Notes: a model not told the origin generated them from the sequence alone. A stretch of DNA of 64,000 nt from Nitrospirota bacterium (GCA_963788195.1 CAWBGA010000017.1:736001-800000), one strand, 5' to 3'. Numbered from the stretch's first letter, positions 19,750 through 31,478 are shown. Numbers and translations: made by a program.

Positions 19750-22700
19750 TCACGCCTCCCGGGCAACAGGGACACGGACATGGATCGCGGGGAGCCGCAC
19801 CGTGAAGATCGTACCCTTGCCTACCTGACTGCGCACCTGAATCTCACCTCCATGACGTTGCACGATGCCCAGGCTGACCGATAGCCCAAGCCCGGTGCCC
19901 TCACCTTGGCCCTTGGTCGTGAAGAATGGATCGAAGATCTTTGGCAATACATCAGTTGGGATGCCGCTACCCGTATCTTCAACCTCGATCACACAAGCGC
20001 GCTCCTCCTGCCGGGAGCGTACGGTCACCACCCCATCTCCCTTGATCGCTTGAACTGCGTTCAAGAGGAGATTCATCAGCACCTGCTCAATCATGTGGCC
20101 GTCCGCCGTGAGCGGAGGCAGTTGCGTTCCCAGCTCTCTGCTTATGCGGACGCCGCTGCTTTCGAAGGCATAGTTCGTGAGCGACAGGACACGTTCGATC
20201 AAGGAGTTCACGTCCGTGAGCGCAAGCTCGGGATCATGTTGCTGTGAAAAGTCCAGCAGCTGGCGTACGATTTTCTGAACCCGGCGAATTCCATCCTCCA
20301 TCGACACGAGATATTCGGATTGGCGCTCAGGTGAGATGGTTCCTTTGCGAAGATTGTACAGACAATTGAGAATCCCTCCGAGCGGATTGTTGATCTCATG
20401 CGCCACCCCGGCGGACAGTTTCCCGATGGAGGCCAGTTTCTCGGCGTTGAGCACCTGTTGTTCGAGCTGCTTCTTGTCTGTGATATCACGGGCAATCCCC
20501 AGGACGCCCATGATCCCGCCATTGTTATCACGGAGCGGCGACACGCTGACCAGCGCCGTGCGAAGCTCGCCGTCGCGGGTGAGTAGCTCGACCTCGTATG
20601 CCTGCTTGGTGCCGATATCGAGAGTGGTGCGTAGGCGCTTGCCGCGGTGACGCCTGGACATCAGTGATAGATACGGCCGCCCAAGCAGATCTTCTTTGCA
20701 GTAGCCCCAGATCTCCACTTTGCTGTTCACGTATGTGAAACGCTGATCCAGGTCGAGCGTATAGATGACGTCGTTGGCATTCTCCAGCAGATTTTCCAGG
20801 TACGTCTTGGTCTCAGCGATCTCACGCGTGCGCTCGACTACCTTTAACTCCAAGGCCTCGCTGTATTCCTGAAGTTGGCGTTCCAGCTGCTTGCGTTCAG
20901 TGATATCCCTGAGCTGCACCATGAAGAAAGTCATCGTTCCGGATTCAATGCTGGTCAGGTCGACCTCCATGGACACCGGTCTCCCGGCCCGGTCAAAAAT
21001 CTTCAGCTCCACAGTCGGGGTCTTGAGCGCCCCGCCCAAGATCTCCTTCATAAGGGCGGTGACCGCCGCCTGATCCTTGGGCAGGACAAGATCCAGGAAG
21101 CGCCGACCCAGAAGTTGCTCCTCCGGATACCTCAGAACCGTCTCTTGTCGCCGGTTCACGGCCACGATGTTGCCGCCGGAGTTCACCATCAGCACGGAAT
21201 CGGCGGCCTCATCAAAAAGAATTTTGTAGCGTTGCTGAGACTCCACCAAAGCTTCCGTTCGGCGCGCCACCTCCTGTTCGAGGCCTTCGGTATGGCGGCG
21301 TACCTGCGCCTCCAATGCCTTCCTGGCCGTGATGTCCCGGACAAAGGCTCGCATGTATACGAGGCTGCCCTGATCAAATAAGACAGTTGTATGGATTTCC
21401 ACATCGAGAGACGCGCCTGCCTGTGTCAAAAACACTGTCTCCAGGGACCCCCGGCCGTCTGTCTTCAGACGTACAAGGTACTTTTGCACGACCCCGTGGC
21501 ATTCCTCAGGGACTATCTCCCACAGCTTTTTCCGGGCAATCTGCTCCTGGGTATAGCCCAGCTTTTCGCTGGTCGTCGAATTGATGTGAACAAAGTGGCC
21601 TGTCTCATCCAACTGGAGGATCATTTCCGGAGAGTTCTCGATAAGGTCGCGATACCGTTCATCCAGCCGTCGGATTTCGGCCATCTGATCCTCGAGTGCC
21701 TGGAAGGACCGGCTTAAGCTGGAGGCCATCTGGTTGAACGTCTCGGCGAGCTTCTGGATCTCGTCGCCCGTGGCAATCTCCAGTCGTTGATTAAGCTCAC
21801 CGCGGCCGATCAGCGCCGCCTTTTCTTGAAGTTCCTGAATGGGACGGACGATCCGACGCGCCAAAAATCGCCCGGCGAGCAGCATCAGCAGAAAAACCCC
21901 CACAGCGCCTGCAGACACCTTTTTCATGAGTTCTCTGAGTGGTGCATAGGTCTCTGACGGATCCTGTCGCACAAACCCTATCCACTGAATTCCTTCTCCG
22001 CCTAAGCTTTCTTTCGCCAGGGGAGTCTGAAGGCGAACAGGGGCAAAGCCTACAATGGAATTGTGTCCGCCGTGCGCATCATCCTCTGCTATGACCCATC
22101 CGGCGCGTGGCTGCGTAATTTGATGCATCAGATCGGCGTTAATTGTATGCCTCTCGGGAGACAGGATGGGGCAAATCAGCGGCTTCCCCGCTGAATTCAA
22201 AAGCATGGCGTGCCCGTGTTCCCCTAAGCGAACTTCCTGAATAGCTTTGAACAGTTCGTCAGGCCTTACGCGGACATTAACGGCGCCAACGGCCTTGCGC
22301 TGAGCATCATCCCAAATCGGTGCCGAGACATCGATCACGTAATGCCCGAGCGCCTGATCAAAGACAAGATCGCTCACGTACACTTGGCCTCTGCCGCCTT
22401 GGTAGGAGGCCTGCCACCATAGGCTCTTGCTCTGGTCGTATGCAGCCCGAGGGCTCGAACTGACGACAAGCGCGCCTTGATTGTCGGCCACTAAAATTGA
22501 AATGTATTCGCCCTTGCGGATCCGGATCCAATCGATCAAATAATCGATTGCCATCTTGTTGATATAGTCCGGAAACTGGTTCGGATCCTTCCGGGCATTC
22601 CAGCGGCCTTCCCACTCTTGAATCATCCTGCGGATCGATGCCGCGCCACGGCCGGCATAACTTCGGTTCGAATCAATCACCGCCGATCTCACAATTGGTA

Positions 22701-22935
22701 TCGTTGCGAGCTGCTGGGCTTCACTGGTAAGTTGGGTGACTTGCAGTTCGATCTTTCCCGCTGCTTCAATCGCGATTTGCTGAAAGTCACGACCTATCGT
22801 GTCCCGGATCACCCGGTATTCTTCATAACCCGTGATAAAGATTGAAAATGCCAGTGGCAATAGGCCGATCAGGGCCATTGCAGTAATCAGCCGACTTTGC
22901 AGGCTATGGTGGGGGGAAAGGACGCTTTTAACCAC
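19750..22935 (-). CDS. Sensor histidine kinase (periplasmic Cache, HAMP, three PAS, HisKA, HATPase)
   Basis: Two TM segments, HAMP ([13 protein letters not shown]), three PAS/PAC units ending in [15 protein letters not shown]1/F/G2 boxes. Confidence 0.95.
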   Translation of the reverse strand: MVKSVLSPHHSLQSRLITAMALIGLLPLAFSIFITGYEEYRVIRDTIGRDFQQIAIEAAGKIELQVTQLTSEAQQLATIPIVRSAVIDSNRSYAGRGAASIRRMIQEWEGRWNARKDPNQFPDYINKMAIDYLIDWIRIRKGEYISILVADNQGALVVSSSPRAAYDQSKSLWWQASYQGGRGQVYVSDLVFDQALGHYVIDVSAPIWDDAQRKAVGAVNVRVRPDELFKAIQEVRLGEHGHAMLLNSAGKPLICPILSPERHTINADLMHQITQPRAGWVIAEDDAHGGHNSIVGFAPVRLQTPLAKESLGGEGIQWIGFVRQDPSETYAPLRELMKKVSAGAVGVFLLMLLAGRFLARRIVRPIQELQEKAALIGRGELNQRLEIATGDEIQKLAETFNQMASSLSRSFQALEDQMAEIRRLDERYRDLIENSPEMILQLDETGHFVHINSTTSEKLGYTQEQIARKKLWEIVPEECHGVVQKYLVRLKTDGRGSLETVFLTQAGASLDVEIHTTVLFDQGSLVYMRAFVRDITARKALEAQVRRHTEGLEQEVARRTEALVESQQRYKILFDEAADSVLMVNSGGNIVAVNRRQETVLRYPEEQLLGRRFLDLVLPKDQAAVTALMKEILGGALKTPTVELKIFDRAGRPVSMEVDLTSIESGTMTFFMVQLRDITERKQLERQLQEYSEALELKVVERTREIAETKTYLENLLENANDVIYTLDLDQRFTYVNSKVEIWGYCKEDLLGRPYLSLMSRRHRGKRLRTTLDIGTKQAYEVELLTRDGELRTALVSVSPLRDNNGGIMGVLGIARDITDKKQLEQQVLNAEKLASIGKLSAGVAHEINNPLGGILNCLYNLRKGTISPERQSEYLVSMEDGIRRVQKIVRQLLDFSQQHDPELALTDVNSLIERVLSLTNYAFESSGVRISRELGTQLPPLTADGHMIEQVLMNLLLNAVQAIKGDGVVTVRSRQEERACVIEVEDTGSGIPTDVLPKIFDPFFTTKGQGEGTGLGLSVSLGIVQRHGGEIQVRSQVGKGTIFTVRLPAIHVRVPVAREA

Positions 22936-23001
22936 AGTTTGTTACCGTTTCGTTACATTCTGTGGTCGTCACCGTCTATTGTCAAGGACTACAGCCGGGC
23001 G

Positions 23002-23794
23002 CTACTCCCCAACCCGGACCAGTAAGCCCTTGTCCTTGCAGACCGAAAACATCACATGAAACCACAGGATCAGTCCCGAAAGGTACACGAGGTTGAGACC
23101 GGAAGCCCAGGCAAGCTCGGCGATCGGGAAAGCTCCCGGTGGTAATCACGCTCCGCATGCCTTCAAAAATATGCGCGGGGGGGTTCATCCATGCGATGGC
23201 CTGGAGCCACCCTGGCAACACGCTCATGGGGTAAAATACGCACGAAATAGGCTGAAACAGGAACACTAAACCCCAGGCCAGCACCTCCACTTCCTGGCCA
23301 TAGCGCATGATCAGTCCGGTCGTCAGGATACCGATACACCAGCCAAACACGATAAGATTCAGAATGAACGGAACGAACGAAACTCCAATGACAAAAATGT
23401 TAAAGGAGTAAAACAGCAAGGCGGCCATGACCGTCACACACGAGACGGCGACGACCTTTCCAACGCTGAGCAGCATGGTGGCCGCCAGGAACTCGGCTGG
23501 TTTCAGCGGACTCGCGAACAGGTTCATGAGATTCCGCGACCAGACTTCTTCCAAGAATGATATGGTGATGCCCTGTTGCGCGCGAAAGAGCACGTCCCAC
23601 AAGATCAGCGCTCCAAGAAAAAACGTGACAAAGCTCGGCAGGGCACTCTTATATTGCGCGAGATAGAGAGTGATGAATCCCCAAATCACCAGATCCACAA
23701 ACGGCCAGTAGATGATCTCCATCACTCTCGGGAAGCTTCGTCGATACAGATAAAGATGCCTCGTGAGTAGGGCCTCAATGCGATGGAGTTTCAT
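23002..23794 (-). CDS. ABC-2 type permease; 3' indel near 23125
   Basis: Six TM pattern, FYPMSVLP.WLQ motif; the corrected frame ends ...KGLLVRVGE* at 23002. Confidence 0.85.
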
Positions 23795-24534
23795 ATCGCC
23801 GCCGGCCAGCTGCCTCGCGCCAACTTCACGAAGACCTCCTCGAGATCGGTCTCACCGAACTGGTTTTTGATCGCTTGCGCGGTGCCTTCAGCGATGATCC
23901 GGCCTCGAGATAAAAAGATGATGCGGTCGGACATCTCCTCCATTTCGCGCATGTTATGAGAGGTGTACAACACCGACATGCCGCTACTGCGGCGCATCTC
24001 CAGTATGAGAGCCCGGGTTTTTGCGGCGATGTCGGGATCGAGGCTCCCCGTTGGCTCATCGAGGAACAAGACTTTCGGATCGGTCAGAAAGGCTTTGGCG
24101 AGCGAGAGGCGGGTCACCTGGCCGGATGAGAGCTTGCGCGTGAGCTTGGTTCGAAATTCCTCCATCTCCAGCCGCTTGATGATGTGGTCAATGCGTGAGC
24201 CCAGCCTGTCCAAGCCGTAGAGTTTCCCCACCACCCGGAGGTTTTCCTCCACCGTGAGGGCTTGAGGCATCGACACATAGGTCGAAGAAAAATTCACCTG
24301 ATTGAGAATTGCCTCGCGGTTCTGCTCGAACGGCAGGCCGAATACTTGGATGGTGCCGCTGGTCGGAGTGATCACACCGAGGAGCATGTGAATGGTCGTG
24401 GTCTTACCCGCGCCATTCGGACCAAGTACGCCGAGAATCTCGCCTTCCCTGATTTCGAACGAGATGCCGTCGACGGCCGTGAACGATCCAAAGCGTTTGG
24501 TCAGATTTCGGACTTCAACAACGGATTGCGCCAT
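23791..24534 (-). CDS. ABC transporter ATP-binding protein
   Basis: GPNGAGKTT, LSSGQ, FLDEPT, H-loop SHNM. Confidence 0.95.
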   Translation of the reverse strand: MAQSVVEVRNLTKRFGSFTAVDGISFEIREGEILGVLGPNGAGKTTTIHMLLGVITPTSGTIQVFGLPFEQNREAILNQVNFSSTYVSMPQALTVEENLRVVGKLYGLDRLGSRIDHIIKRLEMEEFRTKLTRKLSSGQVTRLSLAKAFLTDPKVLFLDEPTGSLDPDIAAKTRALILEMRRSSGMSVLYTSHNMREMEEMSDRIIFLSRGRIIAEGTAQAIKNQFGETDLEEVFVKLARGSWPAAI

Positions 24535-24550
24535 AGCGTGTAAGTCGATC

Positions 24551-25262
24551 TTAAAAGAGAGTCTCGGAGAGAGCCTCGGTGTGGCAGGTCGCGCACTTCC
24601 GACTCAATATCTTTCCCTGCGTATTCCTGCTTTCCGTCATGACAGCGAAAGCAGTCGGCGTCCCGATGCGCTTTCACCATGGACGCGTTCAGAGCCTCCT
24701 TCTCCGCATCGGGCAACTCATCCAATTTGATGTGTCCTCGCGGCACCACGATGGGATAACCCTTGTACGGCCTGCTGTGAACGACCGTCGCGTGGCAGGT
24801 CGTGCAGCCCTCTCCCTTTCCACGCTTTTTAAAGGCCTCCATATGCTTCCGATGCTCCATGATCAGCCCGGCTTTCTTAAGTGGTCCCGGAAGGTCTCTG
24901 GTCGCGATCTCAGAAATGCGCAGCATGTTCTGATGACAGGACAGGCAGACTTCCGAATACACGGTCGTTTTCAGGTCGTCTGGCTGCTTCGGGGTTCCGA
25001 ACAGGGTCACCCACACATCATGGGTGCCTTTGATGACCTTATCCTCCACGAAACCCTCGAAGGTCGGTCTGACATGGCAGGCCACGCACGTCACATCCTT
25101 GTGGGTTGAGACGATCCAGGTGTCGTAGGATGGCTTGATGGTATGGCAGGAGGCGCAAAACCGGGGATCATTGGTGAGCGGAATGGCGACCGCGCCGGCG
25201 ACGACCCCTAAGACCGCCAGCGTGATGAGGATCACGGCGATCTTCGGGATGTTCATCTGCAT
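24551..25262 (-). CDS. Membrane-anchored NapC/NirT-family cytochrome c, six CxxCH after indel correction
   Basis: N-terminal TM; CASCH, CVACH, CLSCH, CTTCH, CFRCH; removing one A near 24612 gives ...KILSRKCATCHTEALSETLF*. Confidence 0.85.
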
Positions 25263-25789
25263 CAGGTGATCAAACCGCTCTTACGCGTAAATCGCCCGCT
25301 GATCAAGCCCGCCAGGCCTTCGATGTCGTCGGGGTCGAAGATCGGCACTCCGGAGGGGACATCCTGAAGAGGTTTGTTAGACACAATCGCAAGAAGGCCA
25401 TCAGGGGAAAACGGCACCTCCCCAACATGATCACGCACAATCACGATCTTTGGATGTCCTTCGCTTTTCCATCCCTCGGCAATGATGAGGTCAATGCCGT
25501 CGCTGACATAGCGTTCACGCAATTGCTCAATACCCACTTCCTGCTCCGTGTCCGTAAACAGGGCCAAGCTTCCTTTTGAGGTGACGATGACCGTCTGGGC
25601 CCCCGCCTGCTTGTGCCGCCAGGAATCCTTGCCTTCGGTATCCATATTAAAGCCGTGCCCGGCGTGCTTTATCGTGGCGAGTCGGTACCCTTCCCGGACA
25701 AGCTCAGGGATCAATCGCTCGATCACAGTGGTCTTCCCGCTGTTGGAGCGACCAACGAAGCACAGGATCGGAGCCTCGTTTTGTTTCAT
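25262..25789 (-). CDS. mobB: Molybdopterin-guanine dinucleotide biosynthesis protein B
   Basis: VGRSNSGKTT, TIKHAGHGF..D.EGKDSWRH, DLIIAEGWK. Confidence 0.92.
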   Translation of the reverse strand: MKQNEAPILCFVGRSNSGKTTVIERLIPELVREGYRLATIKHAGHGFNMDTEGKDSWRHKQAGAQTVIVTSKGSLALFTDTEQEVGIEQLRERYVSDGIDLIIAEGWKSEGHPKIVIVRDHVGEVPFSPDGLLAIVSNKPLQDVPSGVPIFDPDDIEGLAGLISGRFTRKSGLIT

Positions 25790-25824
25790 TATCATTATTT
25801 CTATCCGCCCTAAGCCCGTTATTT

Positions 25825-25915
25825 CGTTCGCCATGAGCCCGTCCTGAGCCAAGTCGAAGGGCCTGTCGAAGAGTTCTTGGCCTTCGACGTGCTTCGACAA
25901 GCTCAGCACGAGCGG
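25825..25915. repeat. Cluster of TTCGACAAGCTCAG-type REP-like palindromic units
   Basis: GTCCTGAGCCAAGTCGAAGG, CCTGTCGAAG, CCTTCGAC and CTTCGACAAGCTCAGCACGAGCGG in inverted arrangement between moeA and mobB. Confidence 0.7.
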
Positions 25916-25923
25916 TTAATGCC

Positions 25924-27151
25924 TCAAAACCAGCTCCCAAACACCTGGACGTTCACCACATCACCCGGTTTTAGCTTCTCCACCTCGACGGGAATATCGA
26001 TGAGCCCATTCGCCTTCACCAGGGAGGTCAGAATCCCGGACCCCTGGGGCCCGGTGGTCCGTACCATGAGCATCCCCCGCTCCATCCAAAGTATACCGCG
26101 CAGAAAATGTCGCCGGTCGGGCCGCTTTGAAAACCTCTCCTGGAACACGGCCTGTACCGTGGGGCGCGTCAGCGCTTTGTGGCCGCACATTTGAAGCATC
26201 GCCGGACGGACGAGTTGCTCGAATGTCACCATCGACGAGACAGGATTTCCTGGGAGCCCAAACGCGAGCGTCTTTCCGATCTTGCCGAAGGCAACCGGTT
26301 GGCCTGGACGAATGGCCAGTTTCCAAAAGTTCATCTCGCCACCAAGCTCCTGGAAGACCGGTTTGGTAAAGTCATGGTCACCCATCGACACGCCGCCCGA
26401 GAGCACGAGAATATCCGCGTTCAGGCCTTGGGCAATCTTGGCTTTCAAATCGTCCGGGTTGTCTTTGGCGATACCAAGCAGGTGGGGCAGCCCCCCGGCC
26501 TCCCTCACGGACGCCGCGATGCCATAGCTGTTGGAGTTGATAATCTTCTCGTCCGTCAAGCGCTCATCGAGGTCAGACAGCTCGTCGCCGGTCGAGAGGA
26601 TGGCGACACGTGGCCGCTGGTAGACAAAGACGAACGGCTTTGCCAGAATCGCCAGCATTCCCGGCCTCAGCCGGCCTGATAACCTTGCCTTTGGGAATGA
26701 TGCACTCGCCTTTTCGCACGTCCTCGCCCTGGGGGCGGATGTTGGCACCCGCCTCCTCGGGCTTAAAGACCTTGACTGAATCGGGCTTCGCTTCAGTGTC
26801 CTCGATCTTCAGTACCGTATCCGCGCCTTGAGGAATGGGCGCGCCGGTCATGATGCGAATGGCTTCGCCCTTGCCGACTTTCTTGGTCGAAAACCGTCCA
26901 GCAGGCACCTCTTCGATAACCTTCAGCAGGGTCGGCATGGTGACCGCGTGTTCCTGCTTGATGTCCTCATACCGAACGGCAAAGCCGTCCATCGCGGAGT
27001 TATTCCAGGGGGGATTGTCGCGATCGGCGATAATGTCCTCGGCCAGCACCCGACCGAGGGCGTCAAGCAAGCTGATCTTCTCGACACCGAGGACCGGCAC
27101 GGCCGCCAGGACGATCCGAAGGGCGTCTTCTAAACGCGTGAGGTCGCTCAT
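25924..27151 (-). CDS. moeA: Molybdopterin molybdotransferase; indel near 26660
   Basis: SAMDGFAV, RIMTGAPIP.GAD, NIRPQGED, STGDEL, SGGVSMGDHD, RPGQP, LPGNPVS. Confidence 0.93.
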
Positions 27152-28117
27152 TGTTTGATGGGTGAGAAGCCTTTCTTCTGTGGCATCAACAGCGGTCCAC
27201 TGCCGCCCACCCGCTTGCGCACGAACTCTTCGACCTTGTTGGCGAGGTCATGATAGGCCTGCGCGGTGTCGGTGTCGGAACAGAACATCGCGTACGGCTC
27301 TCCGGAATCGCAATGGGCCGCGACGTCAGGATCCAAGGGAATTCGCCCGAGAAACGGCACGGACATATCGTGCGCTGCGGCTTCACCGCCGCCTTTTTTG
27401 AAGACCTCGATTTCCTTGTGGCAATGCGGGCATAAAAGACCACTCATGTTTTCCACGATCCCAATGATCGGTAGTTCACTGTCTTTCACGAAAGTTCACT
27501 GATTTTCGCGAGTCGAGCAGCGCCACCTCTTGCGGCGTCGTCACAATGATGCAGCCCGTCACATCCCCGATGAGATCCATCGTGGTGACGGATTCATTGC
27601 CGGTCCCGGGCGGCAGGTCAACCAAAAGGTAATCCAGTTCCTGCCACTCCACCCCCCCGATGAGCTGGTTGATAAACTCGTATTTGTACGCGTCTCGCCA
27701 GACAATGGGATCATCGGAGTTCTGGAGTAGAAAGGCCATGGATGCGACTTTGATGTTATAGGCCTGGAAGGGAATGATGCCGCCTCCGGCGCTGACCTTG
27801 AGCTTCTGACCCTCCCCGCCGACCATTTTGGGGATATTGGGCCCATGGATATCCATATCCACGACCCCTACCTCTTTGCCGAGCAGGGCAAGGCTCACGG
27901 CCAGATTCGTCGTGACGGTGCTCTTTCCCACACCCCCCTTGTTGCTCATGATGAGAATTTTATTGCGGATGACCGCCATCCGCTTGTTCACAAGCCAGCG
28001 GCTGTGCCCTTCCTTATCCTTCTGGCAGGTCTCGTTCTCATCGCATAAGGCGCACGCCCAGGTATAGGTGCACAGTTGAGACGCGGAGTGCGAGATGATG
28101 GGAATTTCTCCAGGCAT
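27148..28117 (-). CDS. apbC: Mrp/ApbC/Nbp35 Fe-S cluster carrier ATPase; indel near 27490
   Basis: SNKGGVGKST, DMDIHGP, DLPPGTG, VTTPQ, ENMS...CPHC; N-terminal four-Cys motif. Confidence 0.9.
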
Positions 28118-28119
28118 GA

Positions 28120-28590
28120 CTATCTCCCTTGTATCTTGTCGATCGTATGCTCGAATACGGGCAGCACAACACTCAAGTTCTCTTTGGCCCCCCGGGGGCT
28201 CCCCGGAAGGTTCACGATCAAGGTCTTCCCACGAATACCGGCGGTAGCCCGCGAGAGCATGGCCGTTTGAACCTTTTTCAAGCTTTCCCACCTCATCGCT
28301 TCACCGATCCCGGGAATCTCCTTGTCCGCGACTTCCCGGGTGACCTCAGGAACGATGTCCGTCGGCCGCACGCCGGTTCCTCCGACGGTGAGAACGACAT
28401 CGGCCTCCCCTCCGTCGGTCAGCATCTTCAATCGCTCGCGAAGGATGGAAGCTGCATCGGGCACCACCTCGTAAGAGAGCAACGTTCCCGGGATCGAGGC
28501 CACCAGCTCGCTCAGGGGCACTTTTCCCTTGTCTTCTTCCAGTCCCTGGGCAATTTTGCTGCTGACCACCAACACGGCGACCTTGATCAC
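28120..28590 (-). CDS. mogA: MogA/MoaB molybdopterin adenylyltransferase
   Basis: TVGGTGVRPTD.VPE, IPGIGEAMR, A.LSRATAG, NLPGSP. Confidence 0.9.
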   Translation of the reverse strand: MIKVAVLVVSSKIAQGLEEDKGKVPLSELVASIPGTLLSYEVVPDAASILRERLKMLTDGGEADVVLTVGGTGVRPTDIVPEVTREVADKEIPGIGEAMRWESLKKVQTAMLSRATAGIRGKTLIVNLPGSPRGAKENLSVVLPVFEHTIDKIQGR

Positions 28591-28594
28591 GGCA

Positions 28595-29560
28595 TCAAGA
28601 GTGGCCAGCCGCCGCGGGCACGGTAGCCGAGCCGGAGGCAACTACTTCCGCAGGTTTCTTTTTGCCGAAGAGCTTCGCGCCGATGATGCCAAGCTCGTAG
28701 AAGGAGTACATCGGCACCGCCATAATGGCCTGATTGAATGGATCCGGAGTAGGCGTGAGGATTGCGGCGACGCCGAAAGAGCCGACGAGAGCCCACTTCC
28801 AGTACTTCCGCAACATCACCGCGTTGACCCAACCCAAACGCGCCAAAAGCGTGATCGCCAGCGGCAATTCAAACATCAGCCCGAAGATCAGGAGAAACCA
28901 GAGGTTAAAGCCGACAAACGCGGCGATCGACAACTGAGGAACGAATCCCGAGTCGATTCCGTACGACACGAGGAAATTCAGGGCAAACGGCAGCACGACA
29001 AAATAACAAAACGTGAGGCCGGCATAGAAGGCCACGCTGCTCAGAATGACGAAGGGCAACACGAACCTGCGCTCATGAGCATGCAGTCCGGGCGCCGTGA
29101 ATATCCAGGTCTCCCAAAGGATATACGGCATCATCAAAAACGTGGCGAATAACATCGAGACTTTCACATTGTTCCAGATCGCTTCGGCCGGCGCCAAAAA
29201 CACCAAGGTCACCTGCTGAATCAGCGGGGACGGTTCCCATCGCATCACAAACTCGCCGGTGGAGAGCCATGCCACCAGCTCCCCGAAGTTCCGATGCTTG
29301 ATGATGCTGTCGAGAGAATACTGGTTGCTGAATTTGACGAAGATGAAGGCATTCTCAAGCGGAATGCGAACGAGCACCATAATGCCTTCAGAAAAGTAGA
29401 ACGAGGTCGCGAAGACAATGCCCAGGATGATCACGGCGCGCGTCAGCCGAATCCGGAGTTCCTCCAGATGCGCCGCGAGGGGCATCTTCGGATCCTCCAT
29501 CGGGGCGAAGATCTTCTTGTGGAATCCTTCGAAGACGCGATGGAAGCGATTTGCCGGCAT
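28595..29560 (-). CDS. tatC: Twin-arginine translocase TatC
   Basis: MPLAAHLEELRIRL, FTAPGLHAHE, FELP, AAILTP.PD motifs. Confidence 0.95.
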   Translation of the reverse strand: MPANRFHRVFEGFHKKIFAPMEDPKMPLAAHLEELRIRLTRAVIILGIVFATSFYFSEGIMVLVRIPLENAFIFVKFSNQYSLDSIIKHRNFGELVAWLSTGEFVMRWEPSPLIQQVTLVFLAPAEAIWNNVKVSMLFATFLMMPYILWETWIFTAPGLHAHERRFVLPFVILSSVAFYAGLTFCYFVVLPFALNFLVSYGIDSGFVPQLSIAAFVGFNLWFLLIFGLMFELPLAITLLARLGWVNAVMLRKYWKWALVGSFGVAAILTPTPDPFNQAIMAVPMYSFYELGIIGAKLFGKKKPAEVVASGSATVPAAAGHS

Positions 29561-29705
29561 AGAATGTATAGCCGTTGAGCTCTCCCTTTCCTATCTTTCT
29601 TGCCGAGAACCCTGTCCTAGCTTCCCGAGACCTTGCATCTTCGACGCAAGGAGTCGCGAAGAGGAAGAAGGGCGTGAGCGTTACACGCTTTCCGTAGGAC
29701 CATAC

Positions 29706-31280
29706 CTACGGGTTAATAACGATAAAGATTGAACTCCCCTGCCGATTGACGAGGAGGACCGCGTTCTCCTCTTTCTTGATTTTGGCCGCCGCCGCTTCGA
29801 AGTCTTTCACGCCGATAATGGGTTGGCGGTTCACCTCTTGAATGATATCCCCTCGTTGCAGACCTGCCTGTTCCGCCGGACTTCCGGTGTGCACATTTGC
29901 CACCACAACACCGCTCGCCTTTGCCCCCAGGTTGTATTGGGCGCGAGTCTCCTCATCGAGCGGCTTGACTCGCAGGTCCGACAACACATTCAGTGGTCCT
30001 TTTCGTGGCTCGCTGGCTTCGGGGCTTGAACCGGGCTCTGTCCCCCGCGCAAGCATTGCATCCGACGGCCGCTCCGCGATCCGAATCGTCAGCGGCTTTT
30101 CCTGTCCGTCTCGCATAACCTTGATCTTGACGTTAGACCCGACCGGGGTCGCCGCCACCCGGTTCCGGAGCTCGCTGATGCTCTGAACGTCCTTGCCGTC
30201 AAATTCGACGATCACATCGCCCCGTTGCAGGCCCGCCTTCAGCGCCGGTCCTTGTTCGTTGACATCGCTCACCAAAGCGCCTCGTTGCTCTTTCACCTTG
30301 AACGCCTTGGCTAAGTCGGGAGTGATTTCCTGAATTCCAACTCCCAGCCATCCTCGAACAACTTTGCCTGTTTTCTGTAAGCTGTCCGTAATCATCCGGG
30401 CGATTGACACGGGCACCGCAAAGCCGATCCCTTCATTGCCGCCTGTGCGTGAAAAGATGGCGGTATTGATACCAATGAGTTCACCTTTGAGATTCACCAA
30501 CGCGCCGCCGGAGTTCCCCGGGTTGATTGAGGCGTCTGTCTGGATGAAATCTTCGTAGTCCGCAATTCCGACATTGCCTCGGCCGAGCGCGCTGATGATA
30601 CCCATTGTCACGGTTTGAGAGAGACCGAAGGGACTGCCGACCGCAAGGACGATATCTCCGACCTGCAGGCGATCATGATCGCCCCATTTGAGATAAGGCA
30701 GATCTTTGCCTTCGATCTTGAGGACTGCCAGATCCGTCTTGGGATCGGTGCCGATGACCTTGGCGGAAAACTCCCTACGATCGTGCAAGAAGACTTTGAT
30801 CTCTGATGCCTTGTCTACGACATGATTGTTTGTGACGATATACCCTGTGGGATCTATGAGTACGCCCGATCCTCCCGACATTTCGGGGCGAGGAGGACCA
30901 CCGCCTGGGCCTGGCGGGCCCATATCGGGTTCATCCTGTTCGCCAGGAGGGCCAAATGGACCCGGCGGTCCCCCCGGAGGTCCGCCGAACGGTCCAGGCG
31001 GCGGCGCACCGAATGGACCGGGGCCAGGCCGCCCTGGAGGACCTTCATGATCCCGGCGGCGAGGATCGCGAGGACCGCGGACCCGTTCGCCCTGCGTCAC
31101 CTGGATATTCACGACGGCCGGAGTGACCGCCTTCACGATACCCGAAAAACCTTCGACGAGCTGGGGGGGCACGCCGGCAGCGTCCGACAACATCGCCGCC
31201 GGGGGCGAAAACGTACACGCCGCCGCCAGAAGCGCTCCAAGCAAACCACTACCACTCACGACGCCAAACTTTGCCTTCAT
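29706..31280 (-). CDS. degP: DegP/HtrA serine protease with two PDZ domains
   Basis: [25 protein letters not shown] triad motifs; possible lipobox LAAAC. Confidence 0.93.
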   Translation of the reverse strand: MKAKFGVVSGSGLLGALLAAACTFSPPAAMLSDAAGVPPQLVEGFSGIVKAVTPAVVNIQVTQGERVRGPRDPRRRDHEGPPGRPGPGPFGAPPPGPFGGPPGGPPGPFGPPGEQDEPDMGPPGPGGGPPRPEMSGGSGVLIDPTGYIVTNNHVVDKASEIKVFLHDRREFSAKVIGTDPKTDLAVLKIEGKDLPYLKWGDHDRLQVGDIVLAVGSPFGLSQTVTMGIISALGRGNVGIADYEDFIQTDASINPGNSGGALVNLKGELIGINTAIFSRTGGNEGIGFAVPVSIARMITDSLQKTGKVVRGWLGVGIQEITPDLAKAFKVKEQRGALVSDVNEQGPALKAGLQRGDVIVEFDGKDVQSISELRNRVAATPVGSNVKIKVMRDGQEKPLTIRIAERPSDAMLARGTEPGSSPEASEPRKGPLNVLSDLRVKPLDEETRAQYNLGAKASGVVVANVHTGSPAEQAGLQRGDIIQEVNRQPIIGVKDFEAAAAKIKKEENAVLLVNRQGSSIFIVINP

Positions 31281-31415
31281 GGGTAGCCTCTCACGATGAG
31301 AAAGATGGATGGTCTATGTGAAGAAATATCATACAACAAGACGTTCGGATTTGTCACTGGCGTGGGAGCGTTTCGTCGCATAGCAATGCCCTGGAGAATA
31401 CGGCCGTATGAGCCT

Positions 31416-31453
31416 AAAAGAAAGGGCCCGGGTCGAAAGCCGACCCGGGCCCT
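31416..31453 (-). terminator. Intrinsic terminator of the porin gene
   Basis: AGGGCCCGGGTCG / CGACCCGGGCCCT 13-bp stem followed by TTCTTTT on the minus strand. Confidence 0.85.
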
Positions 31454-31478
31454 ATGCTCGGACCGCTAACGTCTTACT

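Noticed and set aside
22941..22956. GTTAC-N6-GTTAC direct repeat before the kinase; also twin TGTCAA at 63927 and 63947
   Set aside because: Too short to distinguish from chance without comparative data.
25790..25909. N-terminal extension of MobB (MLSLSKHVEG...PFDLAQDG)
   Set aside because: It is translation of the REP-like repeat.
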